From: Eledone cirrhosa
Taxonomy: Eukaryota
Assembly (NCBI GenBank): GCA_964016885.1
Contig: CAXHJY010000565.1
Coordinates: 62,001-126,000, forward strand
Direction: 5' to 3'
Length of the DNA stretch: 64,000 bases
Below are positions 25,640-38,530 of the stretch, in pieces (within the stretch, counting starts at the first letter, position 1; the number at the start of each line of letters is the position of its first letter). The notes under the pieces are model-generated. The model was not told the DNA's origin, did not search any database, and was given only the letters and a program-made list of their open reading frames with translations. A program made the translations under genes and the position numbers.

Positions 25640-26095
25640 TCGTCATAACTACACTACTAACATCACCAATACAAATATATCCTCATCATCATCATCATAA
25701 TCATCCCCACCATTACCAACACAAACATATCATCATCATAATCATCCCCATCATCACCATTACCACTACCACCATCATCGCCATCATTTATCTTCATCAT
25801 CAGCAGCAGCAGCAGCAACAAGCACCATCACCAACCCCATCACCACGACCGTCACCACTATCACCATCATCGACATCATTTATCTTCATTATCGTCACCA
25901 TCCGCACCACCATAACCACCACAACCACCATCTCCATCACCACCGCCATCATTATCACCAATCCTTACTACCACTATTATCCTCATCCCTACCACAACCA
26001 CCACCACAACCACCATCATCACCATCATTGTCATCACTATCATTATTACGGCCAACTACCATCATACTAACACCACACACCATTATCATCACCTC
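25640..26095. repeat. (CAT/CAC)n low-complexity tract
   Basis: Direct inspection. Confidence 0.85.
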
Positions 26096-26350
26096 TATTG
26101 TGTCTATCACCTGCCACCTAAAATCACTGTCGTTGCTGATAAGACATGTCTCACTAATAAGCTAAGATACAACCAAATTTACAGCGACAACCAACAAACA
26201 TTTTCACAATTCTTATTATAGAAATGAAATTATTAAATTATACAAATAAATCATTACAAAAATTGTATACGTTCTGTCCGCTTTTTACGCGAACTTGAAG
26301 TACGCGAATTCGCTTTAACGCCCATTAAAAAAACATTATTAAATATTCAC

Positions 26351-26478
26351 CTTATGATCAGAGTTCAAATCCCGTCGAGATTAACTTTGCCTTTCATCCT
26401 TACGGGGGCGATAAAATAAAGTACCAGTAATGCACTGGGATAATTGCTGGCCTTGTACCAAATGTAGAAACAATTATT
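26351..26478 (+). mobile_element. SINE family A with 16-bp TSD attattaaatattcac
   Basis: Direct repeat at 26335-26350 and 26473-26488. Confidence 0.85.
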
Positions 26479-26817
26479 AAATATTCACTTTACGCGAATA
26501 ACGTGCTATAACGCGTGTGTTTTTTTAATTTCTTATTTATCAGAAACTAGCTGGCTCGTCCGGCTGGTGCCCGGCTAGGTTTACCGGAATTTTATCTTTT
26601 CGGGAATCCCCCCTCCACTCCAGTACAAAGATACCGCACGCCCTTTCCTGCTCTGATATTGGGTTTGAATAGTTTTTAGAATTCCCCAGTTCAACATCCA
26701 GTACATTAAAGAAAATTGATAGTTACAACAATAAAGGCTGAACAGAGAACACATTTTTTAACAAACAATAATTTGTACAACCATAATGGAAATTCCAAGT
26801 AACAGAAAATACATAAA

Positions 26818-27015
26818 TTACATTGTTAGAGCGTCAGAGTATACAATATTTTTTGTTCGGCCCTCGGGAGCAAAGATGAAGAGATTGTTTGGCGAGCTCA
26901 CCCTGGAGCATTGTACATACAATTGACCATTGGAGAAGCATGGTTTTTCCAGATGAAGGCCAGCCACTTTTCGGGTTTGACCCTGAGCTTTGTTGATGGT
27001 AATCGCGAAGCTTAG
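26818..27015 (-). pseudogene. Helitron RepHel PIF1-type helicase C-terminal fragment
   Basis: LSFAITINKAQGQT...GLHLEKPCFSNGQLYVQCSRV...TKNIVY (helicase motifs V/VI). Confidence 0.85.
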
Positions 27016-27210
27016 TCTCTCTGTTGCTCTAGTAACATTTTTTCTTCTGGAAAATCTGATCTTGCGGCCAGGTTGGGACTTTTTGGGTGGCATATCGGCA
27101 GTAACAATGGCGATGAGCCGTCTGTGCTTTCGTGAAATAAATACGTTTGTTTATATTTTGTTTTTGTGTATGCAAAAATATCTGTACACGAATATATAAT
27201 TATATATATA

Positions 27211-27366
27211 TATTAAAATAGCAGATTAAAGTCTAAGCAAAAAATCGCTGCTTTCACCCTTAAGGGGATCTTCTGAAACTAAAAAAATCAATCTGTGAAC
27301 GCAGAAGTAAATATTTCTGAAAACGTTTCAACCGAAAAAAAACAGGAAGATGATACTTTGGTTCGT
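27211..27366 (-). mobile_element. Penelope pseudo-LTR fragment (11.3-kb family) inside the Helitron
   Basis: Diverged match to 11353-11503. Confidence 0.8.
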
Positions 27367-28222
27367 GAAGGCGTTAGGAATGTCGTATAACCGGAAGTGT
27401 TGACATTTGAAAATTTTAAAGAAGTGAATATTTAAATAAACGATAAAATATCTTTAATCTTTTAACAAAATTTAGTAGACAAAAATACCCTCACTTTCTT
27501 ACTTGGAAAAAGTTACATCTATGGTGCAAATTTGGTGCCGTTTGGTTCAGGCGTTTGGCGAAAAGTTTGTTACATACATACGGCCGTCAGCTTTATAGTA
27601 TAGATGTAATACTTGAATTACGCGAATTTGCTTTACACTCGGCATTCACGAACGTATCTTCGCGTAAAAGGCATACACACTGTATATATATTCCCACTCT
27701 AACAATCTTAGTATAGTTTCTATAGTATTCGCTAAGAGGCACGGTACGTTTTCCTGTTTATTTTTATATTAATGATAACTACGATGTCTCATATTGGGCA
27801 CGTTTGCTTATCCCAAGGAAGAAATTGGAGCTCCTTGCGGGGTCCCGGGAAGTCCTTGGATCTAATATATTATGTTGATATTTAAAAATGTAGCTTATAA
27901 TTTCATGTCATTTAAAAATCTGTTCATACTTGTGTCATAAAAGTGTTTCCATGCAATAAATCTCTAAACAATTTTCAGTTTTATCATCAGATTTGTGCAT
28001 GTGTGTTTGTGGAGAGAGAGAGGGAGGGATAGATACAGATATCTTGGTTCAGTCCAGCTGCATGGCACCTTGGGCAAACTCAAGTTGACAAATGCGATAT
28101 ATATATATATTAGATATTAATTTAACAATGAAAATAATAACAACAAAGTAAAGTTATTTTACCTATTCATATCATTGTTTTACGATCGTCTCGGGGGATT
28201 GATCATATTGACATATTGACTG

Positions 28223-28310
<88 letters not shown>

Positions 28311-28865
28311 AAGGAGAAATATACACGGGTGTGTATGATTGTGTATAGAAGATTATATTAATAAAAGGAATTCCAACTTTGTCTGATTTACTCGTTTTAT
28401 TTACAATCCTTTAAAATTTATAATGATATTATAATGAAATAGTATGGTAGAATATTAAATGTTAAATGTTAATTGAATAAGTACTTTCATGCTTTCGCAA
28501 TCTTCAGGTTCATATATATATATAACAAAATAAGATGCTGAGGTTACATATATCGTTTAATCATTATAATTATTTCCACGGTTCTCCATGCAATCGAGAT
28601 GTCCTTCATGCATTTGCTGTTGATTAGGAGAACGGTATCCTCAGATGAAAAATCCGATATGCTTGATATGTCTCTGGCAGGAAAAACACACGTCCTATTG
28701 CTTGTGTGCCCAGCAATATATAGCGTCCGAAACGTTACGACCCACTTCCTGCTATATCAAGCGTTAACCTAATATATACCTTCCATATACTGTACTAATT
28801 GTGTTGTTATTTCTGTTTACATACATACATATATATTGTTTACATACATACATACATTTTATATT

Positions 28866-29645
28866 ATTGCACTTGCAGAGAGCACAGCTGACCTGCAAAT
28901 CATTATGAACAATATCAATGTCGAAGCAGGAAGCTTAGGTCTCAATATCAGTGCTAAGAAGACCAAAAGCATGTTATCTGGGACACACCCATCACCAACT
29001 AGTGTTTTCATTGAACAGGGGGAGGTGGAGATAGTGGACAACTTCACCTACCTAGGAAGCTCCATTGACAATGGGGGCGCCATGGACAGTGAATTGCAAT
29101 GTAGAATGGGAAAGGCTTCAGCAGCATTTAACCAGCTTGTCAATATCTGGAAGAGCAGGAAGTTCACCCTCAAAACAAAGATGAGATTCTACAACAGCAA
29201 CGTGCTGTCCATACTCTTGTACGGAAGTGAAACATGGCACCTTAAGACCAGCCAAGAGAAGAAGTTGGACGCATTCGATTCCAGGTGTCTGCGAAAGATC
29301 CTGGGGATTAAATGGAGTGACCATGTAACAAACCAGGAAGTCAAGAACCGCACCAACCAGCAGCTAGTCTCTTCTGCCATCTGCAAGCGACGCCTGGGCT
29401 GGTTTGGGCACGCTTTGAGACTTCCCCCGGAGAGACTGGCGAACCAAGTACTTAAATGGAACCCACAGGGAAGCAGACGGAGAGGGCGACCCAAAATGAA
29501 CTGGCGCCAGACAGTTGAGAGGGACCTGCGAGCGACAAACAGACAATGGCGGGACGCTGTGCAACTGGCTGCTGACCGAACGCGGTGGAACACTATGATT
29601 GCCTCATGCGTCGCAAGACGCGGGAGCTTCTGAGTCTGAGTCTGA
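28866..29645 (+). mobile_element. 5'-truncated RTE-like LINE: RT C-terminus/thumb and 3' (CTGAGT)n tail
   Basis: ORF 28836-29633: GLNISAKKTKSM, FTYLGS, RMGKASAAF, ILLYGSETW, LRKILGIKWSDHVTN, RRLGWFGHALR, RRRGRPKMNW. Stop followed by gtctgagtctga. Confidence 0.9.
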
Positions 29646-29667
29646 TATATATATATATTATTGTAAT

Positions 29668-29856
29668 AATTGTTTCTACTTTAGGCACAAGGCCAACAAT
29701 TACCCCAGTGTATTACTGGTACTTTATTTTATCGACCCCGTAAGGATGAAAGGCAAAGTTAACCGCGACGGGATTTGAACTCAGACCGTAAAGGGACGTA
29801 ACTATGCTAGAAAGCATGGCGTCCAACCCTCTACCGATACTACCAATTCACCGCCC
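29668..29856 (-). mobile_element. SINE family A, full length, TSD atattattgtaataat
   Basis: Consensus match with flanking direct repeat. Confidence 0.85.
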
Positions 29857-30187
29857 TTCATATTATTGTAATAATACTGTGGACTTGTACATTATATAAT
29901 TAATTTCTTTTTTTGTAGTAACATTAACTTCATAATACCACTTTTCTCAGTTTTCCATCATAATCGTTTCTAAGATGGACACACGGCCAAAAGTTTGAGG
30001 GAAGAGGTTAATCGAGCAAATCGAGCATGCACTTCACTACCTCTTCATTTATCAACACCAGAATGTTAAAAGTTGAAATTGACCATCGTTACATTTCAAC
30101 TTATTACATAGACCGCTGGGAAATTTCTACACCATTAACGACTCTACAAATTTACAATCTTAGTTCTCTTTAATATTATCTCTAAAT

Positions 30188-30409
30188 AGGGCGGTGGATT
30201 GACAGTATTGGTAGAGCGTCGGACATGTTTTATGACATAGTGTTACACCGCTTTACGATCTGAATTCAAATCTTGGTGAGGTTAGCTTTGCCTTTCATCC
30301 TTACGGGTTCGATAAAATAAAGTACCAGTAATACACTGGCGTAGATTTAATCGCCCCCGCCCTCCTCATCAAATTGCTGGCCTTGTGCCTAAATCAGAAA
30401 CCAATATTA
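30188..30409 (+). mobile_element. SINE family A (long variant), TSD aatattatctct
   Basis: gggcggtggattgacagtattggtagagcgtcgg...tttcatccttacgggttcgataaaataaagtaccag. Confidence 0.85.
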
Positions 30410-30759
30410 TCTCTCTTACTAAACCACTGCCCTAGTTTCACTAATACTATCTATTACTAAACCTCTGTCCTATTTCTCTTTGATATTTTCCGTTACTAAC
30501 GAATACGGCCTTCTTCAGATTGTGTTTCGTAAGTGCATAAAGCGGTGAAATAATTTAACTTCCCTTTTACACAAAGATCCACCCAAATCTCAACCCATAT
30601 ACGTTCTTATCTTCTTATTTCTCCTCCCTATTGCAATAAATTATGTACAACCCCACGGCAGCTATTTCTATATTTTATCGATATCTAAACTACACATTAC
30701 AAGAACTTGTCTCACTCCTAATACCAGAATTTATTTATGCGACTTAATATCTATTAGAA

Positions 30760-30895
<136 letters not shown>

Positions 30896-30938
30896 GTTTG
30901 TGTGTGTGTGTACATTTGTATATATATATATATGCATA

Positions 30939-30986
<48 letters not shown>

Positions 30987-31077
30987 GTAAAACATTGAAC
31001 GGGAACAAAAGAGAGAGGCAGTACGAACAAAGGTTTATTAGTGTCACGCTCTTGAGAGTGGGGTGGTGGTGGGGAAC

Positions 31078-31105
31078 GACGTTTCGGGCATAAGCCCTTC
31101 TTCAG
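31078..31105 (-). ncRNA. Minimal hammerhead ribozyme motif
   Basis: CTGAAGA-a-GGGC-ttat-GCCC-GAAAC-GTC on the minus strand, the minimal form associated with Penelope pseudo-LTRs. Confidence 0.75.
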
Positions 31106-32602
31106 GTGAAAAGTGTGTGGGAAGAGAGTTCCAAGGGTCTGTCGGGGAGTGGTGGAGAGACATATAGAAAAAATGGGTGAGAGGAAACAGTACAAATGAA
31201 ATTAAATATAAAAGCATAATAAAAATAAAAATAAACATGAAGTAAAACAGGTGGTGGAAGGGTTTGGGGCGTGTAGGGGTGGTGGCGGGTGGAGTGGGGA
31301 GAGGGAGGCGGGGTGTCCGAGCGGGGAGGGCTGAAGGTGGTGTGTGTGTGTAGGTGTACGTGTGTGTGTGTGTATGTGAAAGTAAGAGTTGGGGGAAGAA
31401 CGGGGTTGCATGTTCAGGAAGAGGTGTGTGGAGTGGGGTGTAGGTCGGTGTGTGTGTGCGTGTGTGGATGGGGAGGGGTCAGAGTGGTGGGGGGAGAGGA
31501 TTCCGGAGGCTGAGTGTGTAAATACGTGGTGGTACGCACGTGTGTGTGGTGTTTATGCGTGTTGTGGATGTAGGTGGCGTGTGGGAAAAAAATGCTTGAG
31601 TGTATGTCAGTGGGTGAGTCCTTAAGTTAGTTCCGTAGAGGATGTGGTGGAATGCTGGGTAATATCCTTGGGATGTGGTTGATTCTAGGGATCGATGTCC
31701 AATATGTGTAATCCATGGCTGGGTTGGTCGGAAGAGGGGAGATGTGGGTGCGCGCGCAACAGGAAGTAGTCAGAGGGTCAAGGCAGGAGGAGGGTTGTGT
31801 GTCTGTGTGTGCGAGGAGGTGGTCAGAGATAAGGGCATAGCAGCAGTCGGGGAGAATGGTAAGTGAAGAAAGTCGGTGTGTCAGTGTGTGCGGAGGTGCA
31901 GTGGATAGGGGAGAGGATGGGTAGGTGTGAAAGTTGGAGTGATGAGGGGGTGTGTGTGTATTAGTAGAGGTGTTAGTGGGATGTGTATGTGTGTGAGAAA
32001 GGGTGTGGGTGGAGCGGGGAGAGAAGGGTGTGGGAGCCGGTGGAGGGAGTGTAGTGTACTGGTGTGTGTGTGCGTGTTTGGATGAGTGTGTGTGTGGTGA
32101 AGGGGGTGTTAGTGGGTGTTAGTATACTGGTGGTGGGTTGAATGCGGGTGTGAGTGGGGGGTCAGTGGTGGTAAGGTGTGTAGAGTGGGTGGTGTAAGTG
32201 GGTGTGTGTGTTCGTGTGCGTAGGGTTGGGGGTGTTAGTGATGTTAGTTGCGTGTAGAGTGGGTGGTGTAAGTGGGTGTGTGTGTTCGTGCGCGTGGGGT
32301 CGGGGTGTGTTAGTGATGTTAGTTGCGGGGTGGTGGGGTGGATGTGTGGGGGTGAGGGTTGGTGGTGGTAGTAGGGTGTGTGTTTAGTGTGAGCGCGTGT
32401 ATATATGTACCGGTGGGTGTGCGCGTGTGATAAGGGGAGGGGGGAGAAGAAGCGAGGGATGTTAGTATGTTAGTTGGGGAAGGGTGGTTGGATGTGGGGT
32501 GGAGGTGTTAGTATTGTTAGTTGTGGGGTGGGCGGTGAAAAGGAGGGGTGCGTTAGTGGTGTTAGTGGGGGATAAGTGTGGCGGGAGGGGGGCGGTCGAA
32601 GG

Positions 32603-33828
32603 CTAAAGGAATAAGGGTGTGGAGTTCAGGCCGGGGGGAGTGTGTGTCTGTAGGGTGAAGATGGTTCGTTGTTCGATCCTGAGGAGAGTGGCGGGTGTTC
32701 CGTGGCATTGGAGTAGGCCACAGACTGTGAGGTGGTGCGCGGAATGTCCAGGAGCACCAAAGTGGCAGGCGATGGGGGAACTACCACCGAGACGAATATC
32801 TCGGAGGTGTTCGGTAAACCGGTCCGCCAGGCGACGTCCAGTCTGTATGACGTAGGTTGCGAAGACTAGTCCGTAGACTAGGTTGGAGGAGGTGCAGCGG
32901 AAGGCATGCCGGACAGAGAGAGAGTGGCCGTTGGGACACTGGAAGGTGGTGGTATTTGGTGATGTGGGGACAGGTGTTGCAACGGGGCCTGGAACACGGA
33001 AGGGAACCGGGGGTTGGGGGAGGAGAGCGTGGGTTGGGGGGTAGGAAGCTGTGGACGAGGAGGGTGCGGAGATTGCGTGCGCGTCTGAAGGAGGGGAGTG
33101 GTGGGGCTGGGAAGATGTGGGAGGTGGAGGGGTCGGACTGGAGGCGTCGGAAGAGGCGGAGGATGGTGCGGTGGAGGGGTATGGTGGAGGGATGGTAGGT
33201 GATGGGGAAGGGGAGACGGTGGGTGGGTGTGCGGAGGCGTGGGGTGAGGGTGGTGGAGCGGTAGACAGCACGGGGGCGGGTGAGAGCGGTGTGGACGAGA
33301 GAGGGGGGTAACCTCTGCGGATGAAATGGCTGACTAGGGAAAGGGCCTGGGACTCAAAGTCAGCATCTCGGCTACAGAGGCGGCGGATCCTGAGGAGTTG
33401 GGAGTAGGGAATAGAGTGTGTAGTGTGTGTAGGGTGGGAAGAGGTGAAGTCGTGGTAAGAGTGGGAGTCGGTGGGTTTGAAGAAGGCGGAGGTGACGAGG
33501 GAGTGGTGGGAGGGGTCGAAGGCGACGGAGATGTCTAAGAAGTGGACGTGGGTGGTGGAGATAGAGGTGGTGAAGTGGAGGGAGGGGTGGAAGGAGCAGA
33601 AGAAGGAGAGAAAGGAGTTGAGCTGTTCTCGGGTGAGAGTCGTGGCTCCGATACAGTCGTCGATGTAACGACCGTACAGTTCGGACATGGGGCCGGTGTA
33701 CTGGGCAAAGATTTGGGCCTCAACATGGCCAACAAAAAGGTTGGCATAGTTTGGGCCCATTCTAGTACCCATGGCTACCCCCGTGACCTGTTGGTAAAAC
33801 TCACCCGAGAAGGAGAAACAGTTGAGGG
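32603..33828 (-). pseudogene. Penelope RT (C-terminal half) + GIY-YIG, locally frameshifted
   Basis: [67 protein letters not shown]; CTSSNLVY...[15 protein letters not shown]...HF...H...PPGLN. The Pro/Ser-rich middle looks out of frame. The ORF-track N-terminus is translated microsatellite. Confidence 0.85.
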
Positions 33829-33889
33829 TATATATATATATATATATATATAAGTATGTATATATATATGTGTGTGTGTGTAAGTATGT

Positions 33890-33968
<79 letters not shown>

Positions 33969-34023
33969 CATATGTATATATGTATATATGCATTCATATA
34001 TATATATATATATACATGTATAT

Positions 34024-34059
<36 letters not shown>

Positions 34060-34122
34060 GTATATAAATGTATATGCATATATATATATACATATACATA
34101 CATACATACATACATACATACA

Positions 34123-34155
<33 letters not shown>

Positions 34156-35189
34156 GTATATATAATATACATACACATAAGGCAGCGCAAAAGTCACTTT
34201 CCACTTTAGATATAAACCACGCCCGATTTTTAAGGTTATCTGAATAAAAACGTTTACGTAAGCAACCCCGAAACTGTCCGGCAACTGAAGAGTAATATTG
34301 TACAAAGAAAATAGAACATTGGAGGCAAAGACATTATGAGCTGTCAAAGAAAACTAAAGGCATCTGTAGTTTTTGCAGATTATAATTATTTCTAAATAAA
34401 TATATCAAAAGAGAAATCTTCTTTGGGTCGTCAAGTATGAAACTTGTAGAAATTTGTTTTGTTTTCTACAAATTTCTACAAATTTCATACTTGACGATTC
34501 AATAGAAAACCTCTTAAAATGGAAATTGAGTTTTGTGCAACACAATATCCAAGATCTTCCCCCATGCCTTGTGAAATCATGAATATTTATTTTGAAAGTG
34601 GTTCTCCGGCGAGCCAGCATAGACAAGGATGTTCTTGCTGTTGTTTTTTGTTGTTGTTCCAGACCAGCCACCGATATCGTCCAATAGTCGATAGACATCG
34701 CAGCCGAACTCAGAACATAATGAGGTGAAAGGTATCACTCCAACGATATAACATTCCCGTTAATCCACTAATAGTGACTAATATAGTATCTATTAAGTTC
34801 GAAAGTTTGAAAGACAAAGTTGGCTTCAGTGGGATTTGAACTCAGAGGGTAGAGCATTTAATCCGATACTCTGCCAATTTACCGCTCAGGGCTTATCAAT
34901 ATGTGTAAAACAGTGTGGTCCACACTTCTAAAATAACATCAGATAACTAAAATAACGCACACGGTGAAAGGAGAAGTAAACACGCGCGCTACATAGTCCA
35001 TAGTGGTGTGAATGGACCGAAAGACCGCTAGAAATAGTAGCCCAGAACCATTCAACTTAAGAAGCTCTACTTACATAAAGAAATGGATGAGGAGCCAATA
35101 TATCAAGTTAAAAAACGGAGTTAAAAACTCGCGTTAATTCCCTGTAATTTAATGAACTCAAGAAATACTCGTAGATAAAGGGCTCTTTA

Positions 35190-35460
35190 TAATATAGTAT
35201 ACAGAGAAGAAAACACAAATATCTATATGTTCAATTATAGGGGATAGAAAACCACCAGAATGAAAAACATAAAGTTTACTCTTATTTGAGGTTGTCCAGA
35301 TGTTTATAGGTATAAAAGTTTGGTTTGTGCATTTTGATTTATTCTTTTAATTGATTTGTATTTTCCATTCCTTTAGCAGACATTACGTTTTTCACTCTGG
35401 TGGTTTTCTATCTCCTATAATTGAACACATACCTATGTGTGTTTCCTTCTCTATATACTG

Positions 35461-35465
<5 letters not shown>
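35190..35465. repeat. Diverged inverted repeat (~80-bp arms)
   Basis: gttcaattatagggatagaaaaccaccagaatgaaaaac / gtttttcactctggtggttttctatctcctataattgaac. Confidence 0.7.
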
Positions 35466-35510
<45 letters not shown>

Positions 35511-35514
<4 letters not shown>

Positions 35515-35591
35515 TACGGTTCTTATATATTTGATATATATTTATCCTTATCGAGCCCTCTTTGGATTTTAGTCTTCAAATTTATTATTAT

Positions 35592-35595
<4 letters not shown>
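35511..35595 (+). mobile_element. 3' tip of the 11.3-kb Penelope pseudo-LTR within (TA)n
   Basis: tctacggttcttatatatttgatatata...ccttatcgagccctctttggattttagtcttcaa matches 14332-14405. Confidence 0.85.
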
Positions 35596-35655
<60 letters not shown>

Positions 35656-35768
35656 ATGTGTGTGTGTGTATGTGTGTATATATGAAAAAAGAGAGAAAAA
35701 AATAAAAAGGAAAAAAAAATGTTTTTCTTCCTAATAATCGTCTTTTTCTCCCTGTTTTCATATATACA

Positions 35769-35825
<57 letters not shown>

Positions 35826-35834
35826 CATACATAC

Positions 35835-36105
35835 ATGGTGGCTGCCAACTCGTTTTCGAGTACGGCCACTACTTTATATCCATGTAGGAGAACCCCTACC
35901 GATGCGCTGAACGAGTGTGACTTTTTAGTTCAGCCAGCGACTTGAAAACTCTGGTACAAACACCACACTTGTGACAATTATTGACACTTAGTGTTGGGCC
36001 CATGGTACCATGTGACGACAAGTGCAGAGAGATCTCCAGATATAAAGCAATGCCTGTGCCGTGAAGCTTTTATAGTGAGCAAAGGCACTGCACAAAGCCA
36101 GTCAC
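35835..36105 (-). mobile_element. 3' portion of the bipartite RTE-derived element (tandem partial copy)
   Basis: Near-identical to 36369-36635. Confidence 0.85.
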
Positions 36106-36368
36106 ACACATATATATACACACACATATACATATATATGTACACACATATATACATACACATGTACACACATATATATACATATATATGTACACACATA
36201 TATACATATATATGTACACACATATACATATCTATGTACACATACATATACATATATATGTACACATATATATACATATATATGTACACACACATATGTA
36301 CACACATATATATATACATATATATGTACACACATACATATATACATATATATGTACACATATATATA

Positions 36369-36976
36369 TGGTGGCTGCCAACTCGTTTTCGAGTACGGCC
36401 ACTACTTTATATCCATGTAGGAGAACCCCTACCGATGCGCTGAACGAGTGACTTTTTAGTCCAGCCAGCGACTTGAAAACTCTGGTACAAACACTACACT
36501 TGTGACAATTATTGACACATAGTGCTTTGCCTTTGGTACCATGTGACGACAAGTGCAGAGAGATCTCCAGATACAAAGCAATGCCTGTGCCGTGAAGCTT
36601 TTATAGTGAGCAAAGGCACTGCACAAAGCCAGTCCCACTCTCTTAACCAAGATGATATTTACCAAAAAAATGAACAAGTCAACATCATTGGATACCATCA
36701 GGGTTGCAGGTGTTATATCAGAGTTTTCCTTCTTCTAGAATTCTGCCTTGACAAAGGCTAAGGGGTCATCTCTCCCGGTGATTTTGGATGGCCATTGACT
36801 CTTAAGAGCTCCTTTGCCCTTTGACAGGTTTTGTTTTTAGTCCTGCAGGATGTCCAAAGTCACCCTCCTCATCAAGAAACCTTGGTGGGGTTGCCAGTTT
36901 AGTCGCCAACGACCCGACCATGAGACAGGTTGTACTGGGATACATGTTACCAGTAGCACCAAGTGGTGACCTGACA
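36369..36976 (-). mobile_element. Bipartite non-autonomous RTE derivative (RTE 5' UTR joined to RTE 3' end)
   Basis: 5' half is homologous to the heads at 1500-1683/38531-38725 and the UTR at 780-1000. 3' half encodes [14 protein letters not shown] (RTE-type C-terminal zinc finger) and ends in an actcg-aaaa-cgagt stem-loop plus microsatellite tail. Confidence 0.75.
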
Positions 36977-36977
36977 T

Positions 36978-38400
36978 AACATATATATATACATATATAT
37001 GTACACACATATATATATACATATATATGTACACACATATATATATACATATATATGTACACACATATATATATACATATATATGTACACATATATATAT
37101 ACATATATATGTACACATATATATATACATATATATGTACACATATATATATACATATATATGTACACATATATATATATACATATATATGTACACATAT
37201 ATATATACATATATATGTACACACATATATATACACATATATGTACACATATATATATACATACACATGTACACATATATATATACATATATATGTACAC
37301 ATATATATATACATATATATGTACACATATATATATACATATATATGTACACATATATATATACACACACATGTACACATACATATATACACACATATAT
37401 ACATATATATGTACACATATATATACATATATATGTACACACACATATATATATACATATATATGTACACACACATACATATACATATATATGTACACAC
37501 ACATATATATATACATATATATGTACACACACATATATATATACATACATATGTACACACACATATATATATACACATATATGTACACACACATATATAT
37601 ATATACATACATGTACACACACATATATATATATACATACATGTACACACACATATATATATATACATACATGCACACATATATATACATACATATATAT
37701 GTACACACACATATATACACACATATATATGCACACATATATATATATATACACATATATGTACACACATATATATATATACATATATATGTACACACAT
37801 ATATATATATACATATATATGTACGCACATATATATATACATATATATGTACACACATATATATATACATATATATGTACACACATATATATATACATAT
37901 ATATGTACACACACATATATATACACGTATATGTACACATATACATATATACATATATATGTACACACACATATATATATACATATACATGCACACACAC
38001 ATATATATATACATATATATGTACACACACATATATATATACATATATATGTACACACACATACATATATACATATATATGTACACACACATATATATAT
38101 ACATATATATGTACACACACATATACATACACACATATATATATATATACATATATATATATACATATATATGTACACACACATATATACATACATATGT
38201 ACACATATATATATACACACATATGTACACACATATATATACACACATACGTACACACACATATATACATATACATGTACACATACATACATACATACAT
38301 ATATATGTACACATATATATATATATATATACATACACATGTACACACACATATATACACACATATGTACACACACATATATATATATGTACACACATAT
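36978..38400. repeat. ~1.4-kb TA/CA-derived minisatellite (acatatatatgtacacacatatatatat variants)
   Basis: Direct inspection; source of six spurious 460-530 aa ORFs. Confidence 0.95.
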
Positions 38401-38497
38401 GGAGGCACATGGCTTAGTGGTTAGGGCATTGGCCTTGCAATCGAAAGGCTACATACATACATACATACATACATACATACATACATACATACATACA

Positions 38498-38528
<31 letters not shown>

Positions 38529-38530
38529 TA

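Larger units (their letters stand above)
26547..27604 (-). mobile_element. Non-autonomous Helitron with helicase remnant
   Basis: Minus strand starts A|TCtatactataaag and ends ccgggcaccagccgg...cagCTAG|T (AT target, subterminal hairpin). Internal PIF1-like motifs. Confidence 0.85.
26268..27685. mobile_element. Tc1/pogo-like MITE split by a SINE and a Helitron
   Basis: tacgttctgtccgctttttacgcga ... tcgcgtaaaaggcatacacactgta imperfect TIRs; internal tacgcgaatt.gcttta repeats on both sides of the insertions. Confidence 0.55.
30985..33830 (-). mobile_element. Penelope-like element (Neptune/Poseidon-type), 5'-truncated, with long CA-rich 3' UTR and terminal pseudo-LTR
   Basis: RT/GIY-YIG coding remnant 32603-33830, hammerhead motif at 31078-31105, both ends in (TA)n. 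Confidence 0.85.

Noticed and set aside
33830-34204. N-terminal extension of the 533-aa ORF
   Set aside because: Microsatellite read-through upstream of the Penelope truncation point.
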